Shown: positions 22,267 to 34,552 of the stretch, one piece after another
Layout of the letters: each line of letters begins with the position of its first letter
Numbering within the stretch: the stretch's first letter is position 1
Assembly (NCBI GenBank): GCA_020536535.1
Contig: JAHLWZ010000694.1
Coordinates: forward strand, 22,406-86,405
From: Pelomyxa schiedti
Lineage: Eukaryota; Protista; Evosea
Length of the DNA: 64,000 nt
Reading direction: 5' to 3'
The notes under the pieces: generated by a model
What the model was told of the DNA's origin: nothing
Databases searched by the model: none
The model's input: only the letters and a program-made list of their open reading frames with translations
Position numbers and translations under genes: made by a program

Positions 22267-25200
22267 ATGCAGCCGGGAGTGGGGGAGGAAACCGAGGAAG
22301 AAGAACATGGGCACCCGCAGCAACAGAACCACGTTGGAGGCCAGATTATGGGAGAGGTTCAGTCGCTCAATGCACTTGTAGAACTCCTCTCGCACGTGTT
22401 TACAGACGACGCTGCGCTCGCACCTGTAGGGCCGCCCGCAGACGTCACCCCTGGTGGTGGCGACGGCGGCGGCGGCGACCAAGGCATTATGGGACTCGAC
22501 CACGATGACCAGCACCAGCACCAGCACGGCCACGACGTGCCGGGCGGGGACCAACCTGGCAACGAGGAGCACGAGCACGAGCCCCAGGGCGACGAGGACG
22601 AATGGGAGTGGCAGGAGGATTGGTACGACCCCGAGGACTGGGCCGTGACAGTGCACGGCGGCGGCGATGCAGCCGAGCAAGGACATGATGAGGATGACGA
22701 CGAGGAAGAGGAAGTGGAGGAGGAAGTGGAAGAGGAAGAGGAGGAGGAAGTGGAAGAAGAAGAAGAGGAAGAAGAAGTGGAAGAAGAAGTGGAAGTGGAG
22801 GAGGAAGAGGAAGAAGAAGACGGGGAGGAAGAGGAAGACGAGGAGGAAGAGGAAGAGGGTGAGGAGGAGGAGGAGGATGATGATGATGATGACGACGACG
22901 ATGATGACGACGACGACGACGACGATGATGATGATGAAGAGGAAGAAGAAGAAGATGAGGGGGAGGATGGGCTCCAGGGTGGTGATGGTGGTAATGAGGC
23001 TGTGCAACACAGTGACCAAGGGAGTAGCCACGATGGCAGTGACACTGGTGGCGGTGCTACTGCTACTGCCAATGCTCACGCTAATGAGCACTTGTTTGAT
23101 GGACTAGTTGTGGAAGGGGACCCTAACGGGTCTGTCATCAGGTGCTTGTGCAGGCTGAAAAACGTGCCTGACCTGTCTTTGATTACATCACTGCATCTGC
23201 GATTCACTGTCAGCGTAGAATGTAACCTTTGCCTGCCTTGGTTATTTACCTGGCTGATGGTTTTGTAATTATCAAGGTTTCCTGGACCCAATTGTCAGTG
23301 AAATGATTAACTTAGAGTCACTCTCCATTGTATATGCCAACATTGCGGCCCTGCCAAGGTCAAATTTATAACGAATTGCCCATTTACTCTCTATTTACTG
23401 ATAACACAGCCTGATAGCTTTGCAGAAGCTGAGGTTATTGAACTTATCCTGTAAGAACCTTGTTGCCATTTTTTCTTTTTTATTTCTCCTTTGTTTGACA
23501 TGGAGCAGCCAACATGTTGCGAAATATCAAAGGAATAAGAAACTTATCATCACTGGAAGTACTCAATCTGGACATGAACCCACTTGTTTCATTGACACCA
23601 GCACAAGATTTAGGTCCCCATCCTTTTTTTTTCTTTTTTGCTAAGAGATACACAGAAACATTGCCGAAACTGCATACACTTTCTCTTGTTGGTACAGGTT
23701 TTACAAATCTTTGGTCTCTGGTATGCCTTCGATCCTCAGACACCACATGATAAATCTACAGTTAAGGTGAAAAATCTAAGAAATCTGAAAAACCTGAAAA
23801 ATCTTGTTGTAGAAAATAAGACAACAGAGTGGCATCGAGCTATTGCAAGTGCATTCCAGATAACTTCATGGGATCAGTTTGCTCCCCCTGGTTAACAATC
23901 AATCCATTTAAATTGCATTTCCTTATTTCTTCCAGAGACTCAACAAATACAGTACGACCTTAGCCTTATAGGACAACCCCCTTCCAACAGCAACCCTTTA
24001 CAAAACCTTCTTTTCCATCACCCCCCAAGGGATCCTGGAGACAGTGATATTCTCAAAATGCCACTGTTTGCTCGACTTGCACTGTATCACAACCCAGAAA
24101 CACCTTTAAGACGAAAACTTGTCAAAATCGCCACCACTCCCGTGTGTTACAACAAGTGCTACAGACACTTTTGCATCCACTTTCTTCCTCAATTAAACCA
24201 ACTTGACAGTGTGGCAATAGCAGAGGTAAGGATTCCCTTTATTCGCCTCCCTATTTCACAAACTCTTTTAAGGAGGAAAAAGCTGCCGCTAAGGTCACTG
24301 TGGCACAAAATTTCTTCAAGACCTCCTGTTTAACACTACTACAGTAATACTCTTTTTTCAATATTATTCGTCACCCTCCTCCAGATTACTACAAAGGAGA
24401 CAAAATGGAACGGGAGTTCAGTCGTCCTCACAGGCCATTCGGCAAATCATTCCATCTCCAGTTCACGTTTCGACTCCATGTGCGTTGCAGGGGTTCATTA
24501 AGGAATGCTGAAGAATTTGTAGGTTGGCAGAACGAGGCATCAACAGCTTGCATGAATGTATTCAAAGATTCGAAATTAAAGACCATTTCAAGTGTGGATA
24601 TGTCTCCAAGGCAATTTGAGTATGTTAAACATCTTGCTTCTCCAACATTCGAAACCTTCTCAAAGATACTCCCCAATAATTCCCCATTTCCTTGTGTATG
24701 GCACTGTGGATGGGGAAATCGTTGTTGTAAATCATCATACGGCAGCTCAGATTGGAAAAATGCCAGAAATGTACTTAGTTCCGGTTAATTCACCTCACTT
24801 TATTAAGGCTCGATGGCCAGATCCTGGCCCTTTCCTGGTTGCATCAGTGGTCAAATAAGCACAGATTCTTAGCTGGCTCAGATCAAGGGACTTTGTCTTT
24901 ATATGATATCGATGCCCTCTTTGGTGTGCAGTTGCAGAACAAAACCTGTTAAATAAATCCCCGATTAAGCCGGAAAGACCACATGTGTGAGGAATTATCC
25001 AGCGTTTGATCACCTCACATCAATTCATAGTAACTGCACGGATGACCTTTTTTTGGCAAGTGAGTTACATTTTAGCCGCATACAATCTCTGAGTGTACTC
25101 TTATAGGTGGTTATAAGACATCAATTTGTCTTTACGATATACAAACAAGCAAGCTGGTCCGGGAGTTTACCGATGTGCATAGAAAGCACATTAATGTCAT

Positions 25201-26059
25201 TAAAGTTAGCAATACCATACATAAAATTCTCTCACGTTTATTCCCTAGTTTTCGGGATCCTCTCCTTTTCTTTTTGCTACAAGGTACTTTTTCTTAAATG
25301 AAAGGGTTCTTACTCCTATAAGCTCATTTGACAAGTCTATTGCCTTGTGGGACTCAAGACAAGCCCCAATTGTGAGGCTCTTTTCTTTTTTCTTTTTGTT
25401 AAAAGCCAAAGGAACCGATTTTTCGAAGATACTCTTCACGTGGCAACGTTATGGTTGTATTCTCCCCTGATGACAAATATTTGCTCAGTTCCGCAGTAGA
25501 TAATGTACCCCTTGCGTGCTCATGTAGTTTTCCCTTAATACAGTATAGGAGGTGACCCAGTACTTAACAGAAGATGGACGGCTCCACATGAAGTTCACTC
25601 CCAGCAAACCAACTTTCTGTTAATGTGCACAGATATAACATACAGCAACTTAACAGTGCTAAAAATTTCACTCGAGCGTACTACCTCAAATCCTCCGACT
25701 TCATAATTGGTTTGTCAAGAAGTATCACTAATCTACCCTAACCTCTGACAGTTGGATCATGCAAAGAAAGCTGTGTGAAAGTTCTTTCTTCACAGACCGG
25801 CACACTTCTGAAGGAAGTTTGCTTCGTTGATGAAACTGAACCACTCTTTCCCTCTCTATGTGTGCCGTTTGGACCCAGTTTCAACCAATCTAACTACATC
25901 CAGATGTACAGTCACTCAGAGGGGATCCACACAATCCCTTCCACTTTTCATCACTAATCGCCTAGTATGTAAATTCGAGCCCCTATCATTTTCCCTCACC
26001 AGATTCATAGCCAGCCCTCACTCAAGAGGCCACGAATAAGGCAAGTGAGTCTCTATTGA
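22267..26059 (+). CDS. acidic N-terminus + LRR + WD40 (DWD/DCAF-type) protein resembling plant DHU1
   Basis: LRR units (LSSLEVLNLDMNPL, LPQLNQLD). WD40 region PRQFE|YSP..LVYGTVDGEIVVVNH, HINCTDDLFLAS, SSFDKSIALWDSR, GNVMVVFSPDDKYLLSSAVDN, NFTRAYY, QSLRGDP. Confidence 0.8.
22686..22966 (+). repeat. GAG/GAA and GAT/GAC trinucleotide microsatellite encoding poly-Glu/Asp
   Basis: About 90 consecutive mostly E/D codons. Confidence 0.9.
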
Positions 26060-26164
26060 TACAGCAATTTCCCACCCAATTTGGTGTAGTGGGTTTGTGC
26101 ATAGTGCAATTTAGTTGTGTGCAAAATGTGAAAAAAAAACCTCTTCCAGTATAATTTATTTCTT

Positions 26165-29100
26165 CTATTTCACAATCTTTGTTGGCACACCAACAATTTT
26201 CTTCTACAGGCTGTTACACAGCACATAGAAAGGGATCATTACTGAGCTGGATACAGAATCCACAGCAGACAGCACTGTAAGTGTGAAGGAAGAGAAGCAG
26301 TTTGGGTCATATGTCGCCGGTACAACTGTGTACTGCGTCGATGTAGTTCTTTGTGTTGTCTTCAACTCCAAAGTGATATACTCGGAAAATTGTTCCGTGT
26401 GGGCCACTGGTGTCACACAGTCATGTTGTGAAAACACATACAGTCCCACAAATGGAGCATTAGAGGTGTCTGGGTTCCCACTACTAGTGTTGCCAATATT
26501 ATTTGCTGCAAGCATTATTGTTATTCCCGTGGAGCAGGCGCCAATATCCAACATGTAGGCAGGGTTGTTCCTCCAGCTGGAATTGTTCATGCTCCCGCCA
26601 CACAACCCAGGGCCCCATCTGCCATAAATACAAAGTTCATGCCAATCGCTGGCTTCAGTGAGAGAAAGAGGAATTTCACTGTAAACAGTGATCTAGGAGG
26701 GAAAATGAGGGGTGATATCTGATAGAAAAAGGCAGACCTTGAAGTTGGCTTCATCACCAGGGTCGTGGGTACTGCACATAATGACGTAAGGGCACAGAGA
26801 GGGGTGTAGTGTTACACTAAGTATTCTATCTCTCACATTGACATATTTAGTTTCGTCAACCACATTGGTTGACGAAATAGAAAGTGTTTTCCTTCCTGTA
26901 GTGTCCCCCTTTGACAGTAGTTTGGCACCAATGGTGTGCCGATAGACTGAGGCTTGCCCAAATTTGCGGTAATCACCTAGGCAAATTGTTATGAGGGAGC
27001 ATCTAATCTAAGAAATACCTTGGGAGAGGATAATGAATACTTGGCATGGCTGGGACACTGTAACGTGGAATTGTGGATTTTTCACCCAGGTTGGAAAATT
27101 TGTACAACCACCAGCTGTATTGCGATCCCGCTTCCACTCTGAGAAGAGCGAAGTTTCATGCCATCCCGGGGGAATAGATTTGCACAGTGATATTCGATCG
27201 CATTGAAGAACAAATTCTTCCATAGGAAGGATAAAAGAGCCAGCTCCACTAGTATTGCAAAGTGCGAGTGGTTGGTAATTATACAGCCTTAAGTTTGGAT
27301 ATACCTTAAGTGGGCCAGTTGACTCGGCAGGGGGCGTTTGCAGTGAGCCGTTATAGAATCATCACCCCATGGGTCTCTTAATCTCACATATTGCTTTCCA
27401 TTGATTTCGTGAATACTAATAATTCCATATGCATGATTCGGAACTAGTAAATGCCCACTCATGCTTGAAGGACTTACTGAGTAGTTTGATGTCCTCACGC
27501 ATCCCATCATATACTCCTTTTCGAAGTAATGGACTAGTAGATGCCAAACAGTAACAGCTTCCAGCTTTCTTCCACTTTGTTCGTCGTGCAAATTTAAATT
27601 CATGGCAACACCTCCAGTAAGATCTACTAGAGCATCGCTGTCGTGCCCATTTTCCAATGCAATGTACGAGCCACACATTTTAGCATAAGCCTTCTCCAAG
27701 AGTGCCACCCAATCGAATTTGGCAACAGTATTCCTATTGTGTCCAAATAACGGCACACCGTAGTGTCCACAAGGTATCTGGTCATCCTAGGTGGAATTTT
27801 CAGCGTACAATATGAGAAATTGTCTTGTATTATTTGGATAATTGAAATTAGGTTCCATGTAGCATTAGAAGAAATCAAACTTGCTGAAAACCGCCATACA
27901 ACGATAATTTTCACCCAGACTCTATTACGGAAGAACTTAATAACAAATAGGCCTAAATCAGGTCTGCTCCCTGCAAATAGGGACTTTAAGCGGTCGGGCT
28001 TTCCCGCCATAAGGGAGAATGCACCCCTGTGAAAAGTAAATTCATGCATGGAGGATATTACATACAAAAGCCAGCAGTTACCAAGAGCACCTTGAACTGG
28101 AATTTTTTAGGGTAGAAATTACTACAAGAGGAACAAACCTGGGCCATCGTCACTCGAAATTTGCAGACAGTCAGTTTGGGGTGGAGAGGGGAATTTAGAG
28201 CTTTTTCCTCTAATATCAGAGAGTCGCTGCCAAGTTACACTTGGAAATGAATGTATTTTTTCCTGGTAGTAGAAGAGAGTGAAAAGGTGAGGAAAAAACG
28301 GTTAACATACAGTCTCTAATCCAACTAAGGACTCCTCAGTGGCTGGGAATAACGGGTCCTGGAATTTCGTTTTTGTTGCGATACACTGGGAAATAATGTC
28401 ATTGAGTGCTGCAGATTGTTGTACTATTTTTGTATAGTACGTTTGCTGCTGAGGAATAGGTTTTTGGAGTAATAGTGACGTCCCACTTGGAAGGGGTGGT
28501 GTTACACATGGAAAGAAGGGTGGTGATGTAGGGGGTGGTGAAATACCAGGTGCAAAGAGAGATGGTGAGGTGGGTGGTGTAGTGCCAAATGAAAAGATGC
28601 CTGGAGAGATAGGTAGGGGTGAAGTTGGTAATGGTTGAACGGGACTTGGAGTGGTGGAAGGTGCAGTATTTAGATTAAATGATACAGGTGAAGAGCATGG
28701 TGTGAAGATGATAGGTGTATTCTGCGGGGGAGGTGATGTACCTTGACATGGAGATTGTACAGCACTTGGTGCGGACAATGTTGAATAAAGTGCTGGGGAG
28801 TTGCATACAGGTGTAGGATTTGGGGGAAATGGTGAAGTGGGGTGGTAAAGTGGGGATGCAGTACTTGGAGCTCTTTGTGTTGCTTGATTTGAGGGTGATG
28901 TACCAGGAGAGTAGGCAAACTTATCTGTATTTTGTGTTGCGGAGAAATTGTGCAGACCAGGAAAGAGTATGGGCGTTGGAACTGTAATGGGGTGAGTGGG
29001 TGGAAGTTCTGAGACTTGTGGTGGGAGAGGCAATGGCTGAGATGACAGTGGGGCCGGGAATGAATTCGCTCTCATCAATGGGCTTGCATTAGCCACGGGT

Positions 29101-29581
29101 AGGGGAACCGGGATGGATGGAAGGCTCTATTATAAAACAGTAGATAAATAAGCGAAAGCAGGAGAACATTACCGAAACTAACCTTGCGCAAGTCCACAGA
29201 ATTGGTGGCAGAGAGCGACTGAGCTCTCCTTTTTTTGTCAATGGACTCCGCCAGAGCCAAACACCTCCTGCATAGATCCCTCACAAATGTTTTCATATCC
29301 TCATTCGAGCTGCTCTGTTGCGGTTGAGATCCAGATCCACCGCCGTTTCCCTGTATCACTTGGTTACGTTGCTGCTGCAGCCGGCTGTTTGTGCCCAGAT
29401 TTGTTGCAACTATTGCATACGGCGGAGCAGAAAGTTGTTGGGAGAGAGAAAGGAGACTTTCGCCGGTCGATACGAAACTGCTGTACGCGCGATCTAGATC
29501 GCCGGAGTTTTGGGCCACAACTGCAGCTTTGTACTGGTCAAACAACCGCTGTAGATCTTGCTGGTATTGCTGCTGGTGCAT
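26165..29581 (-). CDS. calpain-family cysteine protease (MIT-like N-terminus, Pro-rich linker, CysPc, two domain-III/C2L modules)
   Basis: FQDPLFPA, QGALGNCWLL, WVALLEKAYAKMCGSY.ALENG...ALVDLTGG, NHAYGI, RLRDPWG, AGGCTNFPTWVKNPQF, CGGSMNNSSWRNNPAY. Confidence 0.9.
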
Positions 29582-29862
29582 CTTTCGTTGTCTTGCTGGT
29601 TTTGTTTTTTGGCTGTTGCGTTTCTTTCTGGAAAAAGCACTCGAGTTGAATTTTTGACATTTCCTTAACGAGGTTGTGTGCTTTGATCGATCTGTGGGTT
29701 GAAGTTACAGCTCTCTGTCCTTGTACCGTGCAGAGCCACCGGCGAGTACGAACGAGATGTGTGCAGTTTCCCAGATGCAAGAGTCAAAGATTAGGGGTAC
29801 TGGCCCGGAGAGGTTTCTGTATTATCAACGAATTCGAAAACAAACTGGCAGTTATTTAAACA

Positions 29863-32800
29863 ATGTACGCCGACGAACTTGGTGACACAGCGCCGCTGGG
29901 CGTACCGTCGCGGGAACGTATGAGGACAGTGTGGAGCGCTCCCGGTGATGGGATGTTCACTCAAATATGCCCCGTATGTTTTGTTTTTTGTTTTTTGTTG
30001 TTTTTTTTTTGTGGGGGGCACTTTGTTCAATTTTGGTGTAGGTTTCGTACTTTAGCAGTTTGTTGGATGACTATTCTCTTGGTTTTGCGGCAATCAAGAC
30101 CTACAAGCACATGTTTCGGTCTGCCAAATCTTATCAGAAATGGTTGTTCGTAACCCCCACCTGTCCAGTATGTTTATCCTTCCTTGGAAAATTTGGTGAA
30201 ATTCAAAACCTGCCACAGGGGGAGAAACTGTTTGACTCGGTGGAATTTGAGGGCACAAGGTCTGTAGCAATTGCAACCGGGCGATCAGAGTACAGCGGCT
30301 CAGTCTTTAACACTAAAACTGCTTATGTTACAGTTGCCTCCTACAAGAAAACCCCTTCATTAAGCTTTTACAATGTTAATGGTATGCAAGTTATAACCGC
30401 CCTCAATTGATCAAAGATAAAAAAACAGGACCTGATAGCCACAACCCAAAACCCTATCTCACTCTAGTGGGAAGAACGGAAATAGCGGGTGATTATTCAA
30501 ATCATCCTCTCACGGCCACAGTAGACGTACGATTTCGCCCAGATGACAACGTTGTTGGCATGTCAGTTGATGATGCTTGGTATTACCTGCAAGTACGTGC
30601 CCCAGAATCTGCCGCTATTAACGGTCTGGGTTCCCCTGTCCAAGCCGACGTGAGATATAATCTTTCGGTTTCTGAGGGTGGAAACAAGTCAGCAGTCATC
30701 AATAGTTTTGACATGAATAAAAGAAACCTTGTACTTGCTGGAACTTTTGGAGTATCGCAATATGATATCGAAACCAAAACCGAGTGCCGAAGATTGTCAC
30801 ATTTTCTTCCCCAACAGTGCCGGTTGGTTGATACCCTCCAATTTCTAGTGATCAATCGTACAAAAGGATTTGGACAAAGTTCTCTCACTTCTGTTGTGTG
30901 AGTTGTGACAGCGTATTGCATTTTCTCGATTTTCGCGATAGAACTTCATGTGTTGGGACTTATCCTCACACTAGTGCTGTTTCATGGTTTTCATTCGAGT
31001 CTTCTCATACAAGTCTCGATTGCCTTTCCTCTGTAACAAGTGAGGGCCTGTACATCTGGGACATGAGGCAGACGCGCCCTGAGGAAATCACCAAAAGCCC
31101 ATTTAGTTGCTGCGAGTTTCAAAATACTCTTTTTGCATGCCATGAGACTGGAATTCATGAATTGAACGATCCGTTCGAGTCAGTCCCACGTGATTCACCC
31201 CGACCGTTTCCCCTTGTTACAACCTTTAGTGAGCATAATCCCTGTTTCGCCTTGTTAGTTGGCAACTCTTCATATGGGAACTTCCACCTACAAACCCCTT
31301 CAAATGATGTGCATGACTTGAAGAGTAGATTGGAAGTCTTTGGAGGATTCAAATGCGACATAGCAACAGAAGTGACTCTGGAGCAATTTGATCAGGAGTT
31401 AGACAAATATGTTCTTCGTCTCACAAAATCTTCCTCACGAGCTATTTCACTTTTCTATTTCTCCGGCCATGGTTATCAAGACCCCTCAACTTCGCAATGG
31501 TTGGAAATGCTGCCACCTCCAATGGCAACTGCACCCTCCAAGAATGACCATATTGACAGATCTATTTCCCTTCAATATATAGTGAGAAACATAGAATCTG
31601 TTGCCTCAGTGAAACTGAGTATTGTAATAGTTGATTGCCCACGAGAAGTCCTGAGCAGTGTAAAACCTGTGCCTACAGCTACCTCACGTCTATCATTCAT
31701 AAGCCCAAAAACGATTATCCTTTATGCCTGTGCTCCAGGTATCCTACTTAAACAAAAGTTAATCTAATGTGAGCAAAAATCTAGGTGCCAAACCCAACGA
31801 ACCTGAAGATCTATTTATGAATTCCTCCCTCATACGCCGCTTAATTTCTGGTACCCTTTTTTTTGTACAGGTTTTTTTTTTTTTTGCAGTCAATCTGACA
31901 ATGGGTCTCCACAGTGACTGATTTGCACCCCACACTGGGCGTTATTGACGCATTCAAAATGATTATCAACCCCCCTGTAATGGAAGTTACTACCTCGCAA
32001 CCTGTCAATTGCTCCATATGGTGTAATTATATGGAGTTCAAGCGGGGCTCTGACTGGTCAACACTGATGGAAACGTCATGGTTTTCAGTTAGTTGTTGCC
32101 TTGCAAAAGCATTCAAAAAGAGTTGGCTGGCAGTGCCATTTCAGTTACCGCAGTTTAAGTATCTTGAAGATGCGTTTGACAGAGTTCTACATGACCTGCC
32201 AGCACCACGGTCCCACCACTTACTCACATTGTTGGAAGGTGAGAAAAATAAGTTAGACACTGTCCGTAATCTGCAAAAACAACTGCCTGAGTGGCTCCAG
32301 TGGTGCTCCATTGCATTTGCACGGAGGATGTGGATTTTTGTGACGCTAAGAGCAATTTCTGGCATTGATTCAATATCTATCTGCGAAGTAAACCACACAG
32401 GAAGCACATCAGGAAAACATCAACCAGGAAGATTAGTCTTTGAAAACATGTCTGCTGTTCTTTCTTTGGATTTTGACTTCTTATTTCGCCGAGATTCTGA
32501 CTCTATCGTGTTCTCTAAAGATAAAAACATCATCTTCCAAGAGCTGGACGCCTTAATTGCCTCTGTTGTGAGAGTAACCACAGACCCTGAAGACCAAAGA
32601 CGTTTAAGTACTCCTGGGCGCATCTCCACGCCAACAGCAAACCTCTTGCAGTCCTGTATGGAATATCCAAATAGCCCCTCTCCCCCCACCACCTCGAGGG
32701 CCCCTTCAGTAAGGCGTTTACCGCCAACTCCCCCTAAAACTTCCTCACCAAGGTACTCCCTTCCAATTCCGCAGAGTTCCCCCACCAATCTCTACTCCAA

Positions 32801-33211
32801 CTCTTCCTTTACTTTGAAGCATTCCATGGAGGGTGTTTGCCGTGGCGCCGGTATGCCAGCACAGTCACCCAAGGAATCATCAAAAATATCTAAAAGTACA
32901 TCTGAAGTGTTATCTACTCCACCCATAGTATGTGCAGTTTTCTTCTCAACACATAAAGTATAATTTTACTCCAGATTCCGCCCGCAACAGGGTCTAGTGT
33001 AGTGGAAGTCTGTGAATGGCTTGAATCAATTGGCCTCACAGAATATATTGCAGCTTTTAAAGAAAACGCCGTAAATGGTCTTGCCTTCGCCGTTCTTAAA
33101 GAAAGTGACTTAACTCAACTGGGAGTGACCAAGATTGGCCATAAAAATCAATTGCAGTGTGCAATTACACAAGCACGTGCAACCTTACCAGCTAGTTTGA
33201 TTCCCGAATGA
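29863..33211 (+). CDS. WD40-like propeller + degenerate caspase-like (Peptidase C14) domain + unknown domain + SAM domain; may be spliced to the next feature
   Basis: LHFLDFR / LYIWDMR WD-like ends; ALLVGNSSY..LQTPSNDV..LFYFSGHG..IVIVDCPR; VCEWLESIGLTEYIAAFKENAVNGLAF..L..LGVTKIGH (SAM). Confidence 0.75.
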
Positions 33212-33318
33212 AATAACGATGAATATAATAACTGTTAATCAGATACATGTCCTTCTCCCACTGTGGAGAGCACCCTTAGAAGGTGATTTGCCACAGCATC
33301 TCTTTTTAGTTTAACCAG

Positions 33319-34432
33319 CTTCAAGCCCCTCAACTGATAATGAGGCTAGTCGCATACAAGAACTGGAGGCTCAACTTCAACGCTTACAAATGGAAACAAG
33401 TAAGCTTAATTTCTGGGAGCCTACTCATCAACACAGCTGCAAGGTGCCTGGGAGGGCCAGAACTTAATTATAAATGCTCGGCTTTTATTGTTGGGAACTC
33501 TGCATACAATCAATTTTCGTTGAACAATACCCTGAACGATGCTAAATGTATTTCAGAGGTAGCGGTTTGCTTCATTAATTCTACTAAACGGATGCAAAGT
33601 TCCTTGGCAACAAGTGCCATTTTGATGTTTCCTATCACACTGATGTAGCCACACTTGCTGATTTTGTTAATCTTCTGGAAGAATACAAGACAAAACTGAA
33701 AATAAGCAAAAGGACCAACAAAGTACACCCCTAGGTGTTGGGTTGTCTCATACACTATTTAGAACGCAAGTATTTTTTATTTTGCTGGTCATGGACGGCA
33801 AGTCAAAGGGCACAATTTCTTACTGATGACAAAAGAGGAATCTGCCTACACCGAACCCAATTTTGGCAAGATGAAATTCCAGGCACCGATGCTAGGAGAT
33901 GTATTGGATGGTCTCAAACACCACTCTGAGTTAGTTATTGCTATTCTAGATGCCTGTCGTGAATCTGATTCCGAAGACAGAGATGAATTTAAAGTATTCA
34001 CCTCTATCTCATTGTTCGTTGTCTAAAATATTCATAGACACGTGGCTTTGGTTCTTCCAGCCAGCTTGCCAAGGAAGACTTCCCAAGTGGTTGTATTGTG
34101 GTCTACCCAACCAGTCCAGGTATATATTCCCTAATCAACAAACTAAACAAAGAACCTAACAAATACGTGGCAGGGAAGGCTGCCCTGGATGCATGTAAGA
34201 TACCTACGAAAAGGGATCACGGATTTTTCACTGGGTGTTTGCTGGATGGTTTCTGCCCTACCTCTATTTCGTGCAACTTACACACAACCCACTAGTTATC
34301 GAGAAAGCCCCACCAGGGAAGCCATTCAGTGATATAATTGATGAGACAATTACCCTTGTACAGTCATTATCCGGCGGTTCACAGACTCCTTGGTTATCCA
34401 AGAGTGTGGGGCAGAGATTTGCCTTGTTCTAG
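33319..34432 (+). CDS. caspase-like (para/orthocaspase-type Peptidase C14) domain with an intact His-Cys dyad; either the last exons of the upstream gene or a separate gene
   Basis: Short coiled coil (RIQELEAQLQRLQ), AFIVGNSAY..LNNTLNDA, IFYFAGHG.Q..GHNFL, IAILDACRE, YPTSPG|KAALD, GFFTGCL, QTPW; TAG at 34430-34432. Confidence 0.8.
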
Positions 34433-34552
34433 CCTGCAATACCCAAACTTATGTTGGCTAATACTAACGTATTGAATTTTTGGCACTAAACAAAATTGCG
34501 CGTGGGCTAAGTACTTAACAATTTTTGTATTTAGAGTCAGACACAGTTTAGT

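Noticed and set aside
22159-23107. Long antisense and alternative-frame ORFs (poly-Ser, poly-Phe/Leu, poly-Lys/Arg)
   Set aside because: Shadows of the GAG/GAT microsatellite in the acidic tract.
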